A stretch of DNA of 64,000 bases from an uncultured Planctomycetota bacterium (GTDB taxonomy: Bacteria > Planctomycetota > Planctomycetia > Pirellulales > Lacipirellulaceae): NCBI GenBank assembly GCA_963719315.1, contig CAVRBU010000002.1:768001-832000 (forward strand), read 5' to 3'. A program made the translations under genes and the position numbers. Positions within the stretch are counted from its first letter, which is position 1, and the number at the start of each line of letters is the position of its first letter. Below are positions 20,225-32,351 of this stretch, piece after piece. A model generated the notes under the pieces. The model saw only the letters and a list, made by a program, of their open reading frames with translations, was not told where the DNA came from and did no database searches.

Positions 20225-23200
20225 ATGCTGGTATTTAACAGCCCCTGGTATCTGCTGCTGTTGCTGTTGTTGCCGGCGATGTGGTGGTTTAGCTTCCACA
20301 GCCTGAGCGGGCTGGGCCGTTGGCGGCGGCTGCTCGCGCTCGGGCTACGGACGCTGGTGATGTTGCTCATCGTGGCGGCGCTTGCCGAGATGCAATATCA
20401 GCGGACGAGCGATCGGCTTACGGTCATCTACTTGCTCGATCAATCGCTGAGCATTCCAGAAGCCCGCCGGGCGGCGATGATCCGCTACGTGAACGCTTCG
20501 ATCCGCGAGCAGCGGGAGGCGGATAAGAACGACAAGGCGGGCGTCATCGTGTTCGGCCAGAACGCCGAGGTCGAGATTCCGCCGGTCGATTTCAATATTC
20601 AACTCGGCCGCAAAGTCGAGAGCCTGCTGGATCGGGATTACACGAATCTATCCGGCGCATTGCAGCGTGCGATGGCGATGTTCCCGCACGATTCGGCGAA
20701 GCGGATCGTGCTGGTAACGGACGGCAACCAGAATGTGGGCGACGCGCTAGAAGAGGCTCGCGCGGTCGCCGATGCGGGGGTGAGCATCGATGTGATGCCG
20801 GTGCCGCTCGACCGGCGGAGCGATGTTGCGGTGGAAACATTTGCGCTGCCGCCGGATATCCGTCGCAATCAACCGTTCGAGGCGCGGGTCGTCGTCAATA
20901 ATACGTCGACCGACGAGAACGGCGTCGGCAAGAGCGTGAAGGGGCGAATCAAGATCATCCGCAAGGCCGGCGAGCATGAAGATACGTTGGTCGATGAGCC
21001 GCACGAGATCAAGCCGGGCAAGACCGTGTTTCCGTTTCGGCAGGAGATCGATCAGGCAGATTTTTATACCTATGAAGCCCGCTTCGTGCCCGATGATCCG
21101 GCGAGCGACGCGGTCGCTCAAAACAATGTTGCGACGGCGTTCACGCACGTGCAGGGCAAGGGGCTCGTGCTGCTTATCGAAAACGCGGAGACGCCGGGCG
21201 AGTTCGATCATTTGGTGGAGCGGCTACGCAACGAGGGGTTGGAGGTCGTCGTGCAGCCCAGCAATCGGCTGTTTACGTCGCTGCCGGAATTGCAGCGCTA
21301 CGATACGGTGATTCTGGCCGACGTGCCGCGGGCCAGCGGCGACGATGCGGCCACGGTCAGCAACTTCAGCGACGATCAAATCAAGATGCTGGTCCGCAAC
21401 ACGGAAGAGCTGGGTTGTGGCCTGATCATGCTCGGCGGGCCGAATAGCTTCGGCGCCGGCGGTTGGACGAATACCGAGCTTGAAAAGGCGATGCCGGTTG
21501 ATTTTCAAATCAAGAGTGCGAAGGTCGTGCCGGTCGGTGCGCTGGTGCTGAACATGCACGCCAGCGAGATTCCGCAGGCCAACTACTGGCAAAAAGTGAT
21601 CTGCCAGGAAGCCATCAAGGCGCTGGGGCCGCGCGATTATTGCGGCGTTGTGTACTTCGGCAACGTCGATCAGTGGTTGTGGGCGCAATCGACGGGGGGC
21701 ATGGTTCGTGTCGGCGCGAACAAGCAGATGATGCTTTCGAAAATCGACCGAATGGCGATTGGCGACATGCCGGACTTCGACCCGAGCATGAAGAAAGCGG
21801 TGGTCGGACTGGCCAAGTGCAAGGACGCCGCCAACAAGCACATGATCATCGCCAGCGACGGTGATCCGGCCGCGCCGAGCGGGTCGACGATCAGCGCGCT
21901 CAAGGCCGGCGGGATTACGGTGACAACGGTCGCGGTCGGCTCGCATGGGCCGGCCGGGAGCGTCACGCTGCAAAACATCGCGACAGCGACGGGCGGCAAG
22001 TATTACGTGGTGAACAACGCCAATGCGTTGCCGAAGATTTTTCAGCGCAAGGCGCGGCGGATCGCGCGGCCGCTCGTGTATGAGCCACAGCCGCCCGTGA
22101 GTCCGCACGTCACGACGCCGAACGAGATCGTGCAAGGGCTGGGCGACACATTTCCGGCAGTGAGCGGGTTCGTGCTCACGAGCGTGAAAGAGAATTCGCT
22201 CGTGGATGTGGTTCTTACTTCGCCGCTGCCGACGGAGTCTCAAAACGCCACGATCCTGGCCTCCTGGACGTATGGTCTCGGCAAAGCGGTCGCGTTTACG
22301 ACCGACGCCGGCCAGCGGTGGACCACCGATTGGACCGGTTGGAGCGAGTACGATCGGTTCTTCAGCCAGATGGTTCGTTGGTCGATGCGGCCGACCGGCG
22401 ACACCGGGAAGTTCACCGTCGCCATGGAGGTTCAAGGGGGCAAAACGCGGGTGATCGTCTCGGCGCTCGATAAAGATGATGAGTTCCTCAACTACCAAAC
22501 GATGGCCGGCACGGTGTTGTCGCCGAAGATGGAATCGATCCCTCTTACGATGCAACAAACGGCCCCCGGGCGGTACGTGGGCGAGTTTCCTTCGGGCAAG
22601 GCTGGGAGTTACCTGATTTCCGTCCGGGCCGGGAATTCGATGATTCGCACCGGGATGAACGTCGGCTACTCCGACGAGTTCCGCGATCGCGAGACGAATT
22701 CGCCCCTGCTGGAATCGATCGCCGAACTACCGGCCAAGCGGGGCGAGGCAGGCAAGCTGATGCCGCCGCTGCCGGAGTTACCGGATGATGCGTCCAAAGC
22801 CGATCAAAAGCTGCGGCCGCAACTGGCCGTGAACCCGTTCCGCCGCGACTTGCAGCAGGTCGTTTCCAGCCAGGATATTTGGCCATGGCTGGTGCTCGCG
22901 GCAGCTTGCTGTTTTTTTGCCGATGTGTTCGTCCGCCGGGTGCAAATCAATCTACAATGGCTGGTTCCAATTTGGACGCGGTTCCTCGATATTATTCTGC
23001 GGCGCGAAAGGCACGAGGCGGCGCCCGAGACGATGTCGCGGCTGCGGAGTCGCAAGGCGGAGGTGGACCAGTCAATCGAAAGCCGCCGGGCGGCCACGCG
23101 GTTCGATCCCGACGCAGCGCCGCCGGTCGATCCCAACGCGATCCAAGCCGCGGAAGCGAAGGCTACGACGCCGTTGCCGTCGGCGCCGACGGCGCCGAGC

Positions 23201-23311
23201 ACGAAACCTGTCGAGGAAGCCGAAGGCGATGATTACACATCACGACTGTTAAAAGCGAAGAAACAAGTCTGGCAGGATCGGCCGCAAGACAAACCGGATG
23301 CGGAAGACTGA
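20225..23311 (+). CDS. membrane VWA-domain protein with glutamine-amidotransferase-like domain
   Basis: LLDQSLS, RIVLVTDGNQN, GLIMLGGPNSFGAGGW, YGLGKAVAFTTD. Confidence 0.85.
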   Translation: MLVFNSPWYLLLLLLLPAMWWFSFHSLSGLGRWRRLLALGLRTLVMLLIVAALAEMQYQRTSDRLTVIYLLDQSLSIPEARRAAMIRYVNASIREQREADKNDKAGVIVFGQNAEVEIPPVDFNIQLGRKVESLLDRDYTNLSGALQRAMAMFPHDSAKRIVLVTDGNQNVGDALEEARAVADAGVSIDVMPVPLDRRSDVAVETFALPPDIRRNQPFEARVVVNNTSTDENGVGKSVKGRIKIIRKAGEHEDTLVDEPHEIKPGKTVFPFRQEIDQADFYTYEARFVPDDPASDAVAQNNVATAFTHVQGKGLVLLIENAETPGEFDHLVERLRNEGLEVVVQPSNRLFTSLPELQRYDTVILADVPRASGDDAATVSNFSDDQIKMLVRNTEELGCGLIMLGGPNSFGAGGWTNTELEKAMPVDFQIKSAKVVPVGALVLNMHASEIPQANYWQKVICQEAIKALGPRDYCGVVYFGNVDQWLWAQSTGGMVRVGANKQMMLSKIDRMAIGDMPDFDPSMKKAVVGLAKCKDAANKHMIIASDGDPAAPSGSTISALKAGGITVTTVAVGSHGPAGSVTLQNIATATGGKYYVVNNANALPKIFQRKARRIARPLVYEPQPPVSPHVTTPNEIVQGLGDTFPAVSGFVLTSVKENSLVDVVLTSPLPTESQNATILASWTYGLGKAVAFTTDAGQRWTTDWTGWSEYDRFFSQMVRWSMRPTGDTGKFTVAMEVQGGKTRVIVSALDKDDEFLNYQTMAGTVLSPKMESIPLTMQQTAPGRYVGEFPSGKAGSYLISVRAGNSMIRTGMNVGYSDEFRDRETNSPLLESIAELPAKRGEAGKLMPPLPELPDDASKADQKLRPQLAVNPFRRDLQQVVSSQDIWPWLVLAAACCFFADVFVRRVQINLQWLVPIWTRFLDIILRRERHEAAPETMSRLRSRKAEVDQSIESRRAATRFDPDAAPPVDPNAIQAAEAKATTPLPSAPTAPSTKPVEEAEGDDYTSRLLKAKKQVWQDRPQDKPDAED

Positions 23312-23313
23312 GA

Positions 23314-23517
23314 GCCACGAAGAGACACGAAAAGACACAAAAACGGATGAAAGAGAGGAACACTAATAAGCACTAATCAATGCTAATGGGAAATTTTCTA
23401 AATCCGGATTAGCGATTATTAGCGTCGATTAGTGTTCCCAAAAATGAATCGATTTTTTTCGTGCCTTCTTGTGGCCAACCGAAATTCACTCAACCATCAA
23501 CCTTTAACTATCAACCA
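23314..23517. repeat. nested inverted decamer arrays plus a lone heptamer array
   Basis: outer CACGAA(A/G)AGA arms, inner CACTAAT/ATTAG(C/T)G arms, then TCAACCA-type x4. Confidence 0.8.
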
Positions 23518-23525
23518 TCCTCCCC

Positions 23526-24541
23526 ATGTCCATCGCCGAATCGATTGAAAAGCGGGCTGCGCAGTTTGCGGAGCGTTATCAGGCCGTTCAGAAGCAACTG
23601 GGGCGCGTGATCGTCGGGCACGATGATATCGTACACGGCGTGCTCACGTGCCTGTTCGTCGGCGGGCACTGCTTGCTTGAAGGCGTGCCCGGGTTGGGCA
23701 AAACGCTCCTCGTTCGCACGCTCGCCCAAACACTGAGTCTGGACTTCTCGCGGATCCAGTTCACGCCCGATTTGATGCCGGCCGATATTCTGGGCACGAA
23801 CATGATCGTGGAGGATCAAGCGGGGAAGCGCGAGTTTCAATTTCAGAAGGGGCCGATCTTCACGCAGATATGCCTCGCCGACGAAATCAACCGGGCCACG
23901 CCGAAGACGCAGTCGGCCTTGCTCGAAGCGATGCAGGAAAAATCGGTCAGCATTGCCGGCCACGTCTACCAAATGAAGCCGCCGTTCTTTGTGATGGCCA
24001 CGCAAAATCCGATCGAACAGGAAGGCACGTATCCGCTGCCCGAAGCGCAGCTCGACCGGTTCTTTTTCAAGCTGGTCGTCGGCTACTCCAGCCGCGCGGA
24101 GCTCAACACGATCATCGACCGCACGACGAAGGGGACGATCATCAACGCGGATAAGGTGATGGACGGCACGGAAATCGTGCAGTGGCAGCAACTGGTGCGG
24201 GAGGTGATTCTCGCGCCGCACGTGCAGGATTACATTGCCCGGCTCACGTTGGCGACGCACCCCAACGGCCCGTTCGCCGTACCGATCACGAACCAATATC
24301 TGCGCTGGGGGAGCAGCCCGCGCGGGCGCAGACGCTCACGTTAGCGGCAAAAGTGCGGGCGCTGTTGAGCGGGCGGTACAACGTCAGTTTCGAGGACGTG
24401 CGGCGCGCGTTCCTGCCCGCGATGCGGCATCGCGTCATTCTCAATTTCGAGGCCGAGGCCGAGGGGATCGATCAGGATAAAGTGCTACTCGAAATACTGC
24501 AGAAGGTTTCCGAGAAGGCGGACGATACAAAGGTGGCGTGA
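23526..24541 (+). CDS. MoxR family AAA+ ATPase (frameshift ~24330)
   Basis: GVPGLGKT, RIQFTPDLMPAD, DEINRA, TQNPIEQEGTYPLPEAQLDRF; SPR(G)AQ...RHRVILNFEA continues in a second frame. Confidence 0.9.
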
Positions 24542-24549
24542 CGGCGGCG

Positions 24550-24822
24550 ATTGAAAAATGCAATTTGCAAGATGCAAATTGTTAGTGCTCAAACTGAAAA
24601 GACGAACCGCCAAGATCGCCAAGAACGCCAAGGAATTCAGAGAGAAATCAACTTGGCATGTAGTTTATCTGTGAAGGGCCGTTCCGGCAGTCTATCGCGT
24701 CTTAATCGTAATAAATGAAGACTTGTGCATCTTGGCGTGCTTGGCGGTTTTCACTTTGAGCAAATAGTCGAATCCCCTTCTGCATTTTTCATTTTGCAAT
24801 TTTCAATTTGCATTTTGCAATT
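24550..24822. repeat. triple nested inverted repeats
   Basis: outer TGCAA/TTGCA heptamers, middle TGCTCAAACTGAAAA/TTTTCACTTTGAGCA, inner CGCCAAG/CTTGGCG nonamers. Confidence 0.8.
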
Positions 24823-24844
24823 CTGACCTTCACAGCCCATTGAG

Positions 24845-26199
<1,355 letters not shown>

Positions 26200-26200
26200 A

Positions 26201-28293
26201 ATGTTTGAATTCTTCCGCAACACGATTGCTCCTTGGCAATGGGGCCTGTTGGCTCTCGTGCCGCCGGCGATTGTTGCGCTCTATTTTCTCAAGCTGAAGC
26301 GGCAGCCGCTGGAGGTGCCCAGCACTTATCTTTGGAAGCGGTCGATTGAAGACATGCACGTCAACAGTCTGTGGCAGAGACTGCGGCAGAATTTGTTGTT
26401 GTTTCTACAGTTGTTGCTCGTGGCCTTGGCGATGCTCGCGTTGATGAGGCCGGGGTGGGAGAGTTCGAAGCTCGATGGCGAGCGGTTCATCTTCCTGGTC
26501 GATAATTCGGCCAGCATGTCGGCGACCGATGTCGACGGAGCCAAGAATCGGCTCGACGAGGCGAAGAAATTGGTAGGGGGCTTGATCGATCAGATGGACT
26601 CGGGGATGACGGCGATGCTGGTGAGCTTCGCCGATACGCCGCAAGTCGTGCAAGAATTTACCAACAATCGCCGGCTGTTGCGCGAGCGGTTGGAGTCGAT
26701 CCAACCGACGGTCCGCGGCACCGATCTCAAGGGCGCGTTGGAACTGGCGGATGGTCTGGCCAACCCGAGCCGCATGCCGATCCAGGAAGGCGACCGGGAA
26801 ATCGACGTCGTCGAAGCCCAGCCGGCGACCGTCTATATCTTTAGCGATGGCCGGTTTGAGGACGTAAAGGGTTTTGCGCTCGGCAATCTCAAGCCGTACT
26901 ATATTCCGCTGGGGTCGTTGGAAGCCAAGAATCTGGCGATTACGGCGTTCAGCACGCGGCGAAGCGACGCGCATCCCGAGGAACGGCAGGCGTTCGTGCA
27001 GGTTTCGAATTTTACCAGCGAGGCCCAGAAGCCGATCGTCGAGGTGCAACTGGACGGCAGCTTTCTCGACGCCAAGGATGTAGATGTTCCGGCGGGCGAA
27101 TCGAGCGGCGTCGTGTTTCCGCTGGCCAATGCGCCGGCCGGCAAGCTCACGGCACGGTTGAAATACGAGCTTGATACGCCCGGCAAGCGCGATGCGCTTG
27201 AGCAGGACGACACCGGCTATGCCGCGCTCAACGACGCCAAGCCGGGCCGGGTGCTCGTCGTTACGCCGGGCAACGTCGCCCTGGAAGTCGCGCTCGCCAC
27301 GCAGCGCGCCGGAAAGCTCGCCAACATCGAATTCAAGAAGCCCGATGTGTTGACCAGCGACCAATACAAACGCGACGCCGAGAGCGGCGCGTACGATCTG
27401 ATCATTTTCGACCAGTGCGCACCGCCACGATGCCGCGAGCCAACACGCTGCTGATTGGCCAATTGCCGCCCGGACCAACCTGGCGCGGCGGTGCGAAACC
27501 GGGCGACGATGCGAAAGCGAAAGGTGCGCCGCAGAACGAACCGCCGCCAATGGCGTCCGCGCCGCAGATCGTCGATTGGGACCGCTCCCACCCGATCTTG
27601 GCGAGCGTTGAATTGGGCAACGTGGATATCGCGGACAGCATCGTTCTACAGCCGCCGCCGGGGGCAGCGGTGCTGATCGATTCCACGGCCGGCCCCATCG
27701 CGGCCATTGCTCCGCGCGACGCCTACCAAGACGCCGTGCTCGGCTTCGAGATTTTCGGCACGGCCGCCGACGGTTCTCGGACGGTGAACACGAACTGGCC
27801 GCGGCGGCTCAGTTTCCCGACGTTTTGCCTCAATGCGCTCGAATACCTGGCTGGCGGCACCGAGGATTCACAACTGACCTCCACACGGCCTGGCCGACCC
27901 ATTGAGTTTCGCCCGGCCGGCACCGTGCCGCAGTTAAACGTCGTCGATCCCGCGAAAAGGGTTCACACCGTCCAGCGAACGGCTCAAGACGTGTTCCAAT
28001 TTCAAGACACGAGTCAACTGGGTGTGTACGACGTCAAGCGAAGCGATCAGGTCATCGAGCGGTTTGCCGTTAATCTTTTCGACCGGCTCGAGAGCGATGT
28101 CCGAGTGCGGCCGACCCAGGGTGACGCGACAACGACCATTCGCCCGGCCGATATTCGTATTGGCAACATCGATGTGGCAGCGACGGTCGGCCAAACGCCT
28201 TCGCGCACTGAGATTTGGAAGTTCGTGCTGGGGGGCGCCCTGTTCGTGTTGATATTGGAATGGTATATCTACAATCGTCGCGTGTACGTTTAA
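26201..28293 (+). CDS. BatA/VWA domain membrane protein (frameshift ~27425)
   Basis: LYFLKLKRQPLEVPSTYLW, LVDNSASM, IFSDG; C-terminal LILEWYIYNRRVYV in a second frame. Confidence 0.85.
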
Positions 28294-28355
28294 TTGCACA
28301 TGGACTTACAAGTGAGTGGCTAAGTTGAAGTCCGCCGCGGCGGACGACCCCTACT

Positions 28356-28395
28356 GCACTGGGGGGGCTCGCCTTCGGCTCGACCCCAGCCACCC
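28356..28395. repeat. REP-like palindrome
   Basis: GCACTGGGGGGGCTCGCCTTCGGCTCGACCCCAGCCACCC; near-identical copy at 29244-29282, related copy at 17785-17816. Confidence 0.7.
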
Positions 28396-28429
28396 CTTTA
28401 TAGACCCATGGATTTTCGAGTTTGGGAGC

Positions 28430-29110
28430 ATGGGAACTTTTAATCGAATCGTCGAAAACGATCTTATCCACCGCGTTTCGGCGGACGAATATCGCGACAA
28501 GATCAAAGACGTGTATGACGGCCGCAAGGGCGCGCTGCTCGCGACGGCGAGCAAGGTTTCGCTTCACATTCAACTCGGCCGCCGACTGATTCGGACGCGG
28601 AAGTTCGACTTGCGAGGATTGAAGGCGATTCTGGACGTCGGCAGCGGCGCCGGCCAAATCGCCGGGCACCTGCTGGAATTCGCCGATTCCGACGCCGAGA
28701 TCACATGCACTGATTTGTCGGCCCAAATGTTGCGCCGCGCCCGCAATCGATTGAAGAACCCGCGGCCGAACTTCGTGGTGGCGGACGTCACTTCCCTGCC
28801 CTTCGCGGATGGTTCCTTCGACGGCATCACCTGCGGATACGTGCTGGAACACGTACCGGATCCCGAAAGGGGTTTGAGCGAGCTTGCGCGCGTGCTGCGC
28901 ACCGGGGGTCGAATGCTGCTCCTAACGACCGAAGACAACTTCTCCGGCGCGTGGACGAGCCGGTTCTGGTACTGCCGCACTTACAATCGGCTCCATCTCA
29001 TGGAACTGTGCGAGTCGCTCGGACTTCGCTGGAAAAACGAGCTATGGTTCACGCGGGTTCACAAAGCGATTCGCGCGGGCGGGATCTGCGTCGAGATCGA
29101 GAAGGTTTAG
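28430..29110 (+). CDS. class I SAM-dependent methyltransferase
   Basis: ILDVGSGAG, DLSAQML, LPFADGSFD, RVLRTGG. Confidence 0.9.
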   Translation: MGTFNRIVENDLIHRVSADEYRDKIKDVYDGRKGALLATASKVSLHIQLGRRLIRTRKFDLRGLKAILDVGSGAGQIAGHLLEFADSDAEITCTDLSAQMLRRARNRLKNPRPNFVVADVTSLPFADGSFDGITCGYVLEHVPDPERGLSELARVLRTGGRMLLLTTEDNFSGAWTSRFWYCRTYNRLHLMELCESLGLRWKNELWFTRVHKAIRAGGICVEIEKV

Positions 29111-29123
29111 GAAGATCTGCGCA

Positions 29124-29282
29124 AGGAGACCTTCAGTCCTCAGCGGTGCGGGGTCAGGAGACCCGCGCACAACAAGGGCACAACAGGGGGTGGCCCGCGC
29201 ATAATATGGGGTGGCTGGGGTGGAGCGCAGCGACCCCCCAGCGGCACTGGGGGGCTCGCCTTCGGCTCGACCCCAGGCACCC
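29124..29282. repeat. cluster of REP-like palindromes between convergent genes
   Basis: GGGGTCAGGAGACCCGCGCACAAC and doublet GGGTGGCTGGGGTGGAGC...GCTCGACCCCAGGCACCC. Confidence 0.7.
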
Positions 29283-29309
29283 GTTCGTGACGGTAATGCG
29301 AAAAACGCC

Positions 29310-30476
29310 CTAGCGATTGGTCGATCGCAAGACCAGCACCGCCACTTCGGGCGGGCAGCCGATGCGCAGCGGAGTGAGCGCACCGACGCCGCGGCTGACG
29401 TGCATCACCGTATTTCCGGCGGTAAATACGCCAGACACATAACGCACGCCGTGATGGCTGGGGGAGGTTATCGCGCCCAAGATGGGCAGCCGGACCTGGC
29501 CGCCGTGCAGATGTCCGGCCATCATCAGGTCAACGTCGTTGGCTTGCGCCGAAAGAAACTGATCGGGCGAATGCGCGAGTAAGATTCGTGTCGGTCCTGC
29601 GGATGCTTTGTGGCCGGGGCAGTCGCTGAAATCGGCCGCCGGCTCGTACCAGGGGAGTTCATTACCGGCGAGGATGAGGGGCGCTTCGTCGACCGTGATT
29701 TGTCGCCAAGTGCCTCCTACGTGAATGAGCCCGGCCTGCTCCAGCGCCGACTTCAATGCGTGTTCGCTTGCGCGGCGGTCGTGGTTGCCAAGTACATAGT
29801 AAACTCCGTATCGTGCGCGCAGACGACCCAACGTAGACTGAATCCAGCTCAGAAACTGGTCGCCCTCGACGAGGTCGCCGGTGACGGCAATGAGATCGGG
29901 CGCAGTGGCGTTGACTTCCTCGATCACGTGCTCGAAAAATGCGCGGGCAACGCGGCCGCACATGTGCAGATCGGTCAGATGGGCGATTCGCAGGCCGTCG
30001 TGCGCCGGCACAAGGCGCGGAATCACCAGTTCCTTTTCCTGCGTGCGAATTTTCAATATCTGGTTTCCGGGGAGGCGAGCGAGCCAGGTTGGAACGCCTG
30101 AGGCAGTCAGCGGTTCGGCTCGCTCGGGCAAGCGCACGTGGGTCGTATGATTCGACAGCAGCGCAGCGGTTCGCTCAGGGTGTCGCGACCAAAGCCAGCG
30201 TTGAATGGCCGATCCCAGACACAGAATGGCACAGAAGGCGAGGTAGCTAGCCGCGGCAGGGCTGGCGGAAAGTCGCGCGCCGATCGACTTGGGACCGGCT
30301 TGATTCAGCAACGTGGCGGCAACGGCGATTGGCACGAGTGCCCAGGCGGCTACGCAGAACAAGGTGATTAGTTTTATCCAGCGACGTTCAATTCCAAAGG
30401 CATGCACACGATTCACTAGCGAGACCCACAGCACCATGTGTCCGACAGCGCCGAATGCGAGTAACAGCAGTGCCAT
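29310..30476 (-). CDS. membrane-anchored metallophosphoesterase
   Basis: DLH, GD, GNHD, LAHSPD, GHLHGGQ. Confidence 0.9.
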   Translation of the reverse strand: MALLLLAFGAVGHMVLWVSLVNRVHAFGIERRWIKLITLFCVAAWALVPIAVAATLLNQAGPKSIGARLSASPAAASYLAFCAILCLGSAIQRWLWSRHPERTAALLSNHTTHVRLPERAEPLTASGVPTWLARLPGNQILKIRTQEKELVIPRLVPAHDGLRIAHLTDLHMCGRVARAFFEHVIEEVNATAPDLIAVTGDLVEGDQFLSWIQSTLGRLRARYGVYYVLGNHDRRASEHALKSALEQAGLIHVGGTWRQITVDEAPLILAGNELPWYEPAADFSDCPGHKASAGPTRILLAHSPDQFLSAQANDVDLMMAGHLHGGQVRLPILGAITSPSHHGVRYVSGVFTAGNTVMHVSRGVGALTPLRIGCPPEVAVLVLRSTNR

Positions 30477-30581
30477 CGACGAACATCCGTTTCAGAGACA
30501 GAAAAGAATCAACGGCGCGTCGTCACAATTCTCGAGGGCGACCTTGCGGCGGCGCGAAGTTGTCGCCCGACGATTGGGCGC

Positions 30582-32351
30582 CTATTTCACTACGGGGCCT
30601 GCGACCAACTGCTCGACGGTTTCCAATAATTGATCGAGTCGGAAGGGTTTGTAAAGCACCGCCTGCAAGCCGGCCTGACGCGCCTTGACGATCGAATGAC
30701 CCGGGTCGTAACCGAAGCCGGTCATCAGCGCCATCGGCACGGTGCCCAGCATTTCCTTGAGCTTGAGCAGCAGGTCGTAGCCAGACATATCGGGCAGGCG
30801 GATGTCGGCGATGATCGCATCGTAATGCTGGTCGGACGATAGACTGCGGACCATGAACTGCGCTTCGCTGCCGTCGTGGGCCGTCTCGACGATGCAGCGG
30901 TAACGCTCCAGCAGGGCGTGAGCGGCGCTGCGGACGCTTTCGTCGGCGTCGATCACCAAAACGCGGCGGCCGACCAGGAGCGGCCGCGGCTCGCAGCGAA
31001 CGGCCGTCGGCTGGGCTTCGGTCGGCGCCATGGACTGGCCGACCTTCTGGATCACTTGCTTGATATCGCGGGCGTTACGGAGGATTTGCTGCAACCGCTG
31101 CACGACTTCGGGCTCGTGGCCGATGTAGCGTTCCATGACGTTGACCGCGTCGTTGAGGATGTCATCGACCGGGAGCGCGACCGCGCTATGGATTGCCTCG
31201 ACGCTGGCAGCGGCCGTACTAGCCTTTTCGGCGGCCAAAAGCTCTAGCGTGTTGAGCGCAATCGCCACATCGCGAGCGAAAATTTCCAGGAATTGCAGAT
31301 CGCTTTCGGTGAATGCCCGCGGCTCGGGGCTTTCCACGTTAAGCGTACCGGTCACACGGTCGTGGAGCATGACGGGCACGGTCAATGAGCTGCGAGCACC
31401 GGCCGCACCTTCGAGGTAGAGCGGATCTTCGCTCGTGTCCTCGCACAAATAGCTCTTGCCCGTGGCTGCGACGAAACCCGTCACGCCGTTTCCGACCGTA
31501 TCGGCACGAAGCTCGCGTCGCGACGCCTCTTCGGTCAGGCCAAAGGCCAGCACCGGCTCGAGACTTTTAGTTTGCGGGTCGAGCATTCGGATTTCGACGA
31601 CGTCGTAGTGCAGCACGTCTTGCGTGCAGTGCAGAATATTCGAGCGTAGTAGCTCGATTCGTTCTTCGACGGACATTTTCGCGACTTCGTCGGTCGTGAG
31701 ATCGGCCAACTCGACGCCTGCCTGGTGGATGGCCGAGAGTTTTTGCTGTTGCAACACCTCGTCGGTCACCTCGCGAATCGTGACCACTAGGTGCCTTGGC
31801 TCGGCACCGGCATCCATAACCGGGGCCGCGTGGACCCGCATGTAGCGATTCTGAAAACAGCGGAGCGTCGAACCGCTGGCGCGACCGGTGGCAAGGGCCG
31901 TGTGGAACGGACAGAAATCCGGCCCGAGAATCTCGGGTGTGCCCATGACGTCATAAAAATTCGAACCGATGACGTCTCCGCGACCGGTCCACTCTCGGAG
32001 CCGGCCGTTGCCCCAGAGAATCGTATTGTCGTCGCCCAACAGCGCGACGCCGTCGGGCATGCCTTGCATGATGCGTTCGTTTTGCACAAGCCGGGCGATG
32101 TCGACGACTTCGGCGAAGTGGTCCGCATCGGCGTAGATGCCGATGTAGTCGCCACTGCCCAGATGTGAGAGGGCCAGAGCCGGGGAAACGTCAACCAGCT
32201 CAACGTCTTCGCCGAAGCGTTCGCGAAGGGCAACCTGGGCGTCGTGCGTGCCGCCTAGACAAAGAACCTTGGGACGTTGACACGTCCCCTGCGTGCTCGA
32301 ATCATGATCTTGTTGCGACGCTATTGGTTCGTACACGTCCCAAACTTCCAC
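30582..32351 (-). CDS. PAS/GAF + receiver signalling protein
   Basis: GAF (GVTGFVAATG...SSLTVP...GTLNVES); REC (VLVIDAD, IADIRLPDMSG, KPF); start uncertain. Confidence 0.85.
   Translation of the reverse strand: MEVWDVYEPIASQQDHDSSTQGTCQRPKVLCLGGTHDAQVALRERFGEDVELVDVSPALALSHLGSGDYIGIYADADHFAEVVDIARLVQNERIMQGMPDGVALLGDDNTILWGNGRLREWTGRGDVIGSNFYDVMGTPEILGPDFCPFHTALATGRASGSTLRCFQNRYMRVHAAPVMDAGAEPRHLVVTIREVTDEVLQQQKLSAIHQAGVELADLTTDEVAKMSVEERIELLRSNILHCTQDVLHYDVVEIRMLDPQTKSLEPVLAFGLTEEASRRELRADTVGNGVTGFVAATGKSYLCEDTSEDPLYLEGAAGARSSLTVPVMLHDRVTGTLNVESPEPRAFTESDLQFLEIFARDVAIALNTLELLAAEKASTAAASVEAIHSAVALPVDDILNDAVNVMERYIGHEPEVVQRLQQILRNARDIKQVIQKVGQSMAPTEAQPTAVRCEPRPLLVGRRVLVIDADESVRSAAHALLERYRCIVETAHDGSEAQFMVRSLSSDQHYDAIIADIRLPDMSGYDLLLKLKEMLGTVPMALMTGFGYDPGHSIVKARQAGLQAVLYKPFRLDQLLETVEQLVAGPVVK

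Noticed and set aside
24320..24345. Programmed frameshifting in MoxR or purQ
   Set aside because: No slippery heptamer; similar indels throughout the window favour sequencing error.
23314..24822. CRISPR array
   Set aside because: Repeats are 7-10 nt, tandem and inverted, with no unique spacers and no cas genes.
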